Of a stretch of 64,000 nt of DNA, positions 60,542-64,000 are shown piece by piece. Where the stretch lies: assembly GCA_051942205.1 (NCBI GenBank), contig JAVECO010000088.1:1-64000 (forward strand). The letters run 5' to 3'. Numbering within the stretch: position 1 is the first letter of the stretch; the number at the start of each line of letters is the position of its first letter. Source of the DNA: Coniocarpon cinnabarinum. Taxonomy: Eukaryota. The position numbers were made by a program, and so were the translations under genes. Below the pieces are notes generated by a model. That model did no database searches. It saw only the letters and a program-made list of their open reading frames with translations, and had not been told where the DNA came from.

Positions 60542-63500
60542 ATGGCACCCAAGGATCGTAATAGCGGTAGCCCGTGGAGCTCGTCAACGTTTCTGCCGTT
60601 CGGCATCTCTTCTCGACGTAACTCGGTTTCATCTCTGTCGTCACGTGCAGGATTAGACCGGGACACAATATCATCGGCTTTGGACACCATACACTCCTCT
60701 GCGTCTCGTGTCCCTACTCTCGTCACTTTCAATGACTTCGCGTCGCCGCCGCCTCCTCCCAAAGGATCCGAGGAGGCTTCCAGCCCTGGCACCTTTTCGA
60801 GATGGTTCAGATCCAGTGGGACTGGGGAGCGGCCCACGTTACCACCGCTACGGAAGCATCGCAAGATGGGAAGTGAAGCAGAAAAAACAAGTGCACCACC
60901 AACTCCGTCGGTCTACTCACTGAATACACAGGAGCGAGATTTTGCCAGCCCTACTCTGTCACCTAGGAGACCTCCGACTTCCTGTTCAGAGCATGTGGAC
61001 TCCGGCAAATCTCAACTTGAGGGCCCACCTGATAGTCCTGCCACACAATCTATCGATTCTTCTTCAAAACTAGCCAAGCTTTCTTCCAAGAGAACCTCTC
61101 ACGTAACGGATGACCAAGTCGAGGCCATTGAAAATCGGCGATTTGCCAGCCGTGACGGATCTGCGATGGAGAAAGACAGTCTTGACGACGGCAACAGGAC
61201 TAGTTTCAGTCCTTCAGCTGCAAACGATGCATTGCGCGAATTTGGGCCTCCTTCTGATGCTATGCAAAGCCAGTCACAAGATTTGGCGCCCCCCAAAGCC
61301 ATGGCGAAGGGCGTTGAGGCGTCAGAGCACACTCAAAATGTGCACGCAAGCATTATGCAACCTTCATCCGCCCCAGACATGCCCTTCAAAAAACCTGCGA
61401 TCCCTCGTCTACCAACGGAAAAATTCCAACCTCGTGGATCTCCTCGCGCCGCCCTTTCCAAAATTAATGTAGCAGCGAGCAATACTTCTGACGCTGAGAT
61501 TGATCCATCTCCTGCTTACTCCTCGAGTCATACCCCCAGCGTATCTAGATCTCCATCAAGGGCCCCTCAATCATCAGAAGCCAATAGTTTGATACACGAA
61601 ATGCGCCGCAAAATTCTTAGTCGAGACTTTTGGATGAAGGATGAGAACGCAAAGGTGTGTTTCAGCTGTGGCGACACGTTTACTGCTTTTCGACGAAAGC
61701 ATCATTGTCGAACGTGTGGTCAAATCTACGACTCAAAATGCACCGTTCTCTACCCAGGGACGCGTTTCGGGCAGCCAGGGAAGTTGAAAATTTGCAAGAC
61801 TTGCGAAAACATGATCGAGGCTGATGAGTCCTCTGATTGCTCCGAAGAAGACGAAAAACATGCTCCTTCGCACGGAAAATCCATACGATTTTCCGGAGTC
61901 CCACCCATGTTATCGCATTCTCAAAGCAGAACAAGTCTCGCTGATGGTGCCGCCCCGAACGAACGCACACCTGGTCCTTTAGAAAGTCGCCGTCGAAGCA
62001 CACTGAATCCGCTTGAAAACCTGTCACCTGCACTGACACGACCGAGTTCATCTCGGTCTCTGAAGTCGTTGAGTGGCCGACCAATGTCTTCGAGCCATCG
62101 GCAACGGCGTTCTCTTCACCAACACATGAGAAGTTTTCCTTCGAATTACACGAATGCAACCATTGACGAATCTAAAAGTCAAGGCAATTCTGGAAACATC
62201 GGTGAAGCCGGCCATCCAGATGAGATCATCGATCCTGATCTCGCTCCGTTCATGTCAGATGAAGGCTCCAGTGACGAAGAACCTCTTAGCATCGCTGCTG
62301 CTATGGGAGGAAATCCTCAGGAAAGTCATAATCCGGCGGGCGTTGGGAGTGCTCATGGCCTCGTGCGGAAGTCGCGACCGCGGCCCGTCTCTTCGCGAAG
62401 CATCTTCGACCCAAGTCTGCGACCACGCGACCCGGAAACAGCAAGCATTCGAAGTTCACGACCTGGCACTCGGCGTCGAACTACTGCAAGAACTATGAGC
62501 ATGGGTAGTACCATGGCTTGGCCGCCCATGTCGCCTCGCATTGTGCGAAGCGGGAATCTCTTCACAGATGACCAAGGATTCTTTGGATCCACTACTAGCC
62601 TCGTCACTGACGAAGGACACGTTCCACACACTGAGGCTCAACAATCTGGACAAAACCAGCAAGGACCGTCGTTCGCGGAACTCAATATGACTAGCCTTCA
62701 ACATGTGCGAACCCTGCTGAAGCAACTTTTATCAGACGCAAACATCCAGGATTCGAGACGCTGGGAGAAGGCTCTTGTGCCTCTACTGCTTCGATGCGCA
62801 GAAGAGATTGATCCAAATATTCAGCGTGGTGACGACATTGACATTAGGCACTACATCAAATTAAAGAAGGTCCCACAGGGTCGTCCACGAGACACTGCAT
62901 ACGTTTCTGGTGTGGTATTCTCCAAGAACATGGCCAAGAAAGGCATGAGACGCTCTATACCGTATGCTCGACTCTTACTTGTGTCGTTTCCGATTGTGTA
63001 TGCGCGCCATCAGCAGCACTTCATGAGTCTAGATGCGGTCATCGCTCAGGAGAAGGAATACCTTCGCAACTTGGTTCGCCGAATAATAGCTTTGAAACCG
63101 GATGTCGTTCTTGTGCAGAAGCAAGTGTCAGGTTTAGCTCTAGACCTGTTGCGAGATGCCGACATCACTGTTGCTTACAATGTCAAAGAATCTGTCCTTC
63201 ATGCTGTATCTCGATGTACTCACTCGAGGATCATCACTTCAGTGGACAAACTCTCAATGGACGCCAAGCACCTTGGCTCATGTGAACAATTTGACATCAA
63301 GACTTTCTCTTTTGGCAACTACAAGAAGACATACTTTTTCGTGTCTGGTTGTCAACGAGACCTGGGTTGCACCATAGTGCTTCGAGGTGGCGATCTTCAG
63401 ACCCTCACCAAAATGAAGTGGATCACTGAGTTCATGTGTTACGTGGTATACAATCTGAAGCTTGAGACGTCCTTGATCAGAGATCAGTTTAGCTTGGCCT

Positions 63501-64000
63501 CATCAACTTCAGCAGACTCTGACACGGCTAACAACTCACCAATATTCCTCCCAAAGGCTGGGAATGGGAACGGAGAAGAAGAAGCCACTACGGGTGTCAC
63601 AAACGGAGTTACCAAGGTCACGCTGCAGACCGCGACCGATATGTCTACTGACAAATCCTCTGAGTCGATGTCTGACTTCCGCAAGACATTCGAAGAGCTG
63701 GATCGTCGAGTTCTTTCGATCTCTCCCTCTGTGAAACTTGCAAAACCGGAACTTGTTACGCAAGGCCTTAATTTCGAAACTGACCTCTACAAATTCCGAA
63801 CTGAACATCAGAAGCTGGTTGAAAGCCTGGCACAGAAGACGACTCCGACTAATAACAAACGTTTTGAGCTTGTGGAAGCCGATGTGCTCAAGTCCAAAGC
63901 TGAAGAGATTTCTCCATCAGAGACAAAGGCACTGCTTGCGATACGATCTGCTGAGCGCTTGAAAGTAGATCAACAGTATGCGGTTCTGCGACGCCGTTGG
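60542..64000 (+). CDS. FAB1: 1-phosphatidylinositol-3-phosphate 5-kinase Fab1/PIKfyve (5' part; runs off the window)
   Basis: The frame is open from ATG 60542 (MAPKDRNSG...) and is absent from the ORF track because it has no stop in the window. FYVE domain SRDFWMKDENAKVCFSCGDTFTAFRRKHHCRTCGQIYDSKC at ~61620-61800, followed by a TCP-1/Cpn60-like domain (DIRHYIKLKKVP.G..DTAYVSGVVFSKN; LGCTIVLRGGD). Confidence 0.95.
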   Translation, partial: MAPKDRNSGSPWSSSTFLPFGISSRRNSVSSLSSRAGLDRDTISSALDTIHSSASRVPTLVTFNDFASPPPPPKGSEEASSPGTFSRWFRSSGTGERPTLPPLRKHRKMGSEAEKTSAPPTPSVYSLNTQERDFASPTLSPRRPPTSCSEHVDSGKSQLEGPPDSPATQSIDSSSKLAKLSSKRTSHVTDDQVEAIENRRFASRDGSAMEKDSLDDGNRTSFSPSAANDALREFGPPSDAMQSQSQDLAPPKAMAKGVEASEHTQNVHASIMQPSSAPDMPFKKPAIPRLPTEKFQPRGSPRAALSKINVAASNTSDAEIDPSPAYSSSHTPSVSRSPSRAPQSSEANSLIHEMRRKILSRDFWMKDENAKVCFSCGDTFTAFRRKHHCRTCGQIYDSKCTVLYPGTRFGQPGKLKICKTCENMIEADESSDCSEEDEKHAPSHGKSIRFSGVPPMLSHSQSRTSLADGAAPNERTPGPLESRRRSTLNPLENLSPALTRPSSSRSLKSLSGRPMSSSHRQRRSLHQHMRSFPSNYTNATIDESKSQGNSGNIGEAGHPDEIIDPDLAPFMSDEGSSDEEPLSIAAAMGGNPQESHNPAGVGSAHGLVRKSRPRPVSSRSIFDPSLRPRDPETASIRSSRPGTRRRTTARTMSMGSTMAWPPMSPRIVRSGNLFTDDQGFFGSTTSLVTDEGHVPHTEAQQSGQNQQGPSFAELNMTSLQHVRTLLKQLLSDANIQDSRRWEKALVPLLLRCAEEIDPNIQRGDDIDIRHYIKLKKVPQGRPRDTAYVSGVVFSKNMAKKGMRRSIPYARLLLVSFPIVYARHQQHFMSLDAVIAQEKEYLRNLVRRIIALKPDVVLVQKQVSGLALDLLRDADITVAYNVKESVLHAVSRCTHSRIITSVDKLSMDAKHLGSCEQFDIKTFSFGNYKKTYFFVSGCQRDLGCTIVLRGGDLQTLTKMKWITEFMCYVVYNLKLETSLIRDQFSLASSTSADSDTANNSPIFLPKAGNGNGEEEATTGVTNGVTKVTLQTATDMSTDKSSESMSDFRKTFEELDRRVLSISPSVKLAKPELVTQGLNFETDLYKFRTEHQKLVESLAQKTTPTNNKRFELVEADVLKSKAEEISPSETKALLAIRSAERLKVDQQYAVLRRRW

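Noticed and set aside
1..64000. CRISPR arrays, rRNA, intact transposons, and the many short overlapping ORFs in the track
   Set aside because: No repeat-spacer array, rRNA or transposase/reverse transcriptase motif was seen. Most short ORFs are antisense or alternative frames of real genes, or begin at non-ATG codons.

Overview
This is fungal (filamentous ascomycete-type) genomic DNA with short GT-AG introns and CTAAC/CTGAC branch sites. Two blocks of conserved genes flank a ~32 kb gene-poor accessory interval. The left block (~0.4-13.1 kb) holds Clr2-like, JIP5, a secreted GH24 lysozyme, tRNA-Gly, pyruvate kinase and a Sip1-like GH36. The right block (~45.6-64 kb) holds a Zn-dependent ADH, MPDU1, Med8, a CAB4-like protein, a DCAF7-like WD40, a TPP1/Est3-like OB-fold protein and Fab1. 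Two things stand out. (1) A tRNA-Gly(GCC) gene at 7072-7254 forms a complete 71-nt cloverleaf only after removal of two spliceosomal-type introns (GT...branch point...AG) located in the D-loop and T-stem. (2) The accessory interval holds five HeLo/HET-S-like genes, four with two-repeat HET-s-like C-terminal amyloid motifs and two disrupted. They are interleaved with small disordered proteins carrying matching N-terminal motifs, and no recognisable NLR is present, which suggests a non-NLR amyloid signalling cluster. All family assignments come from motif recognition by eye; no searches were run.
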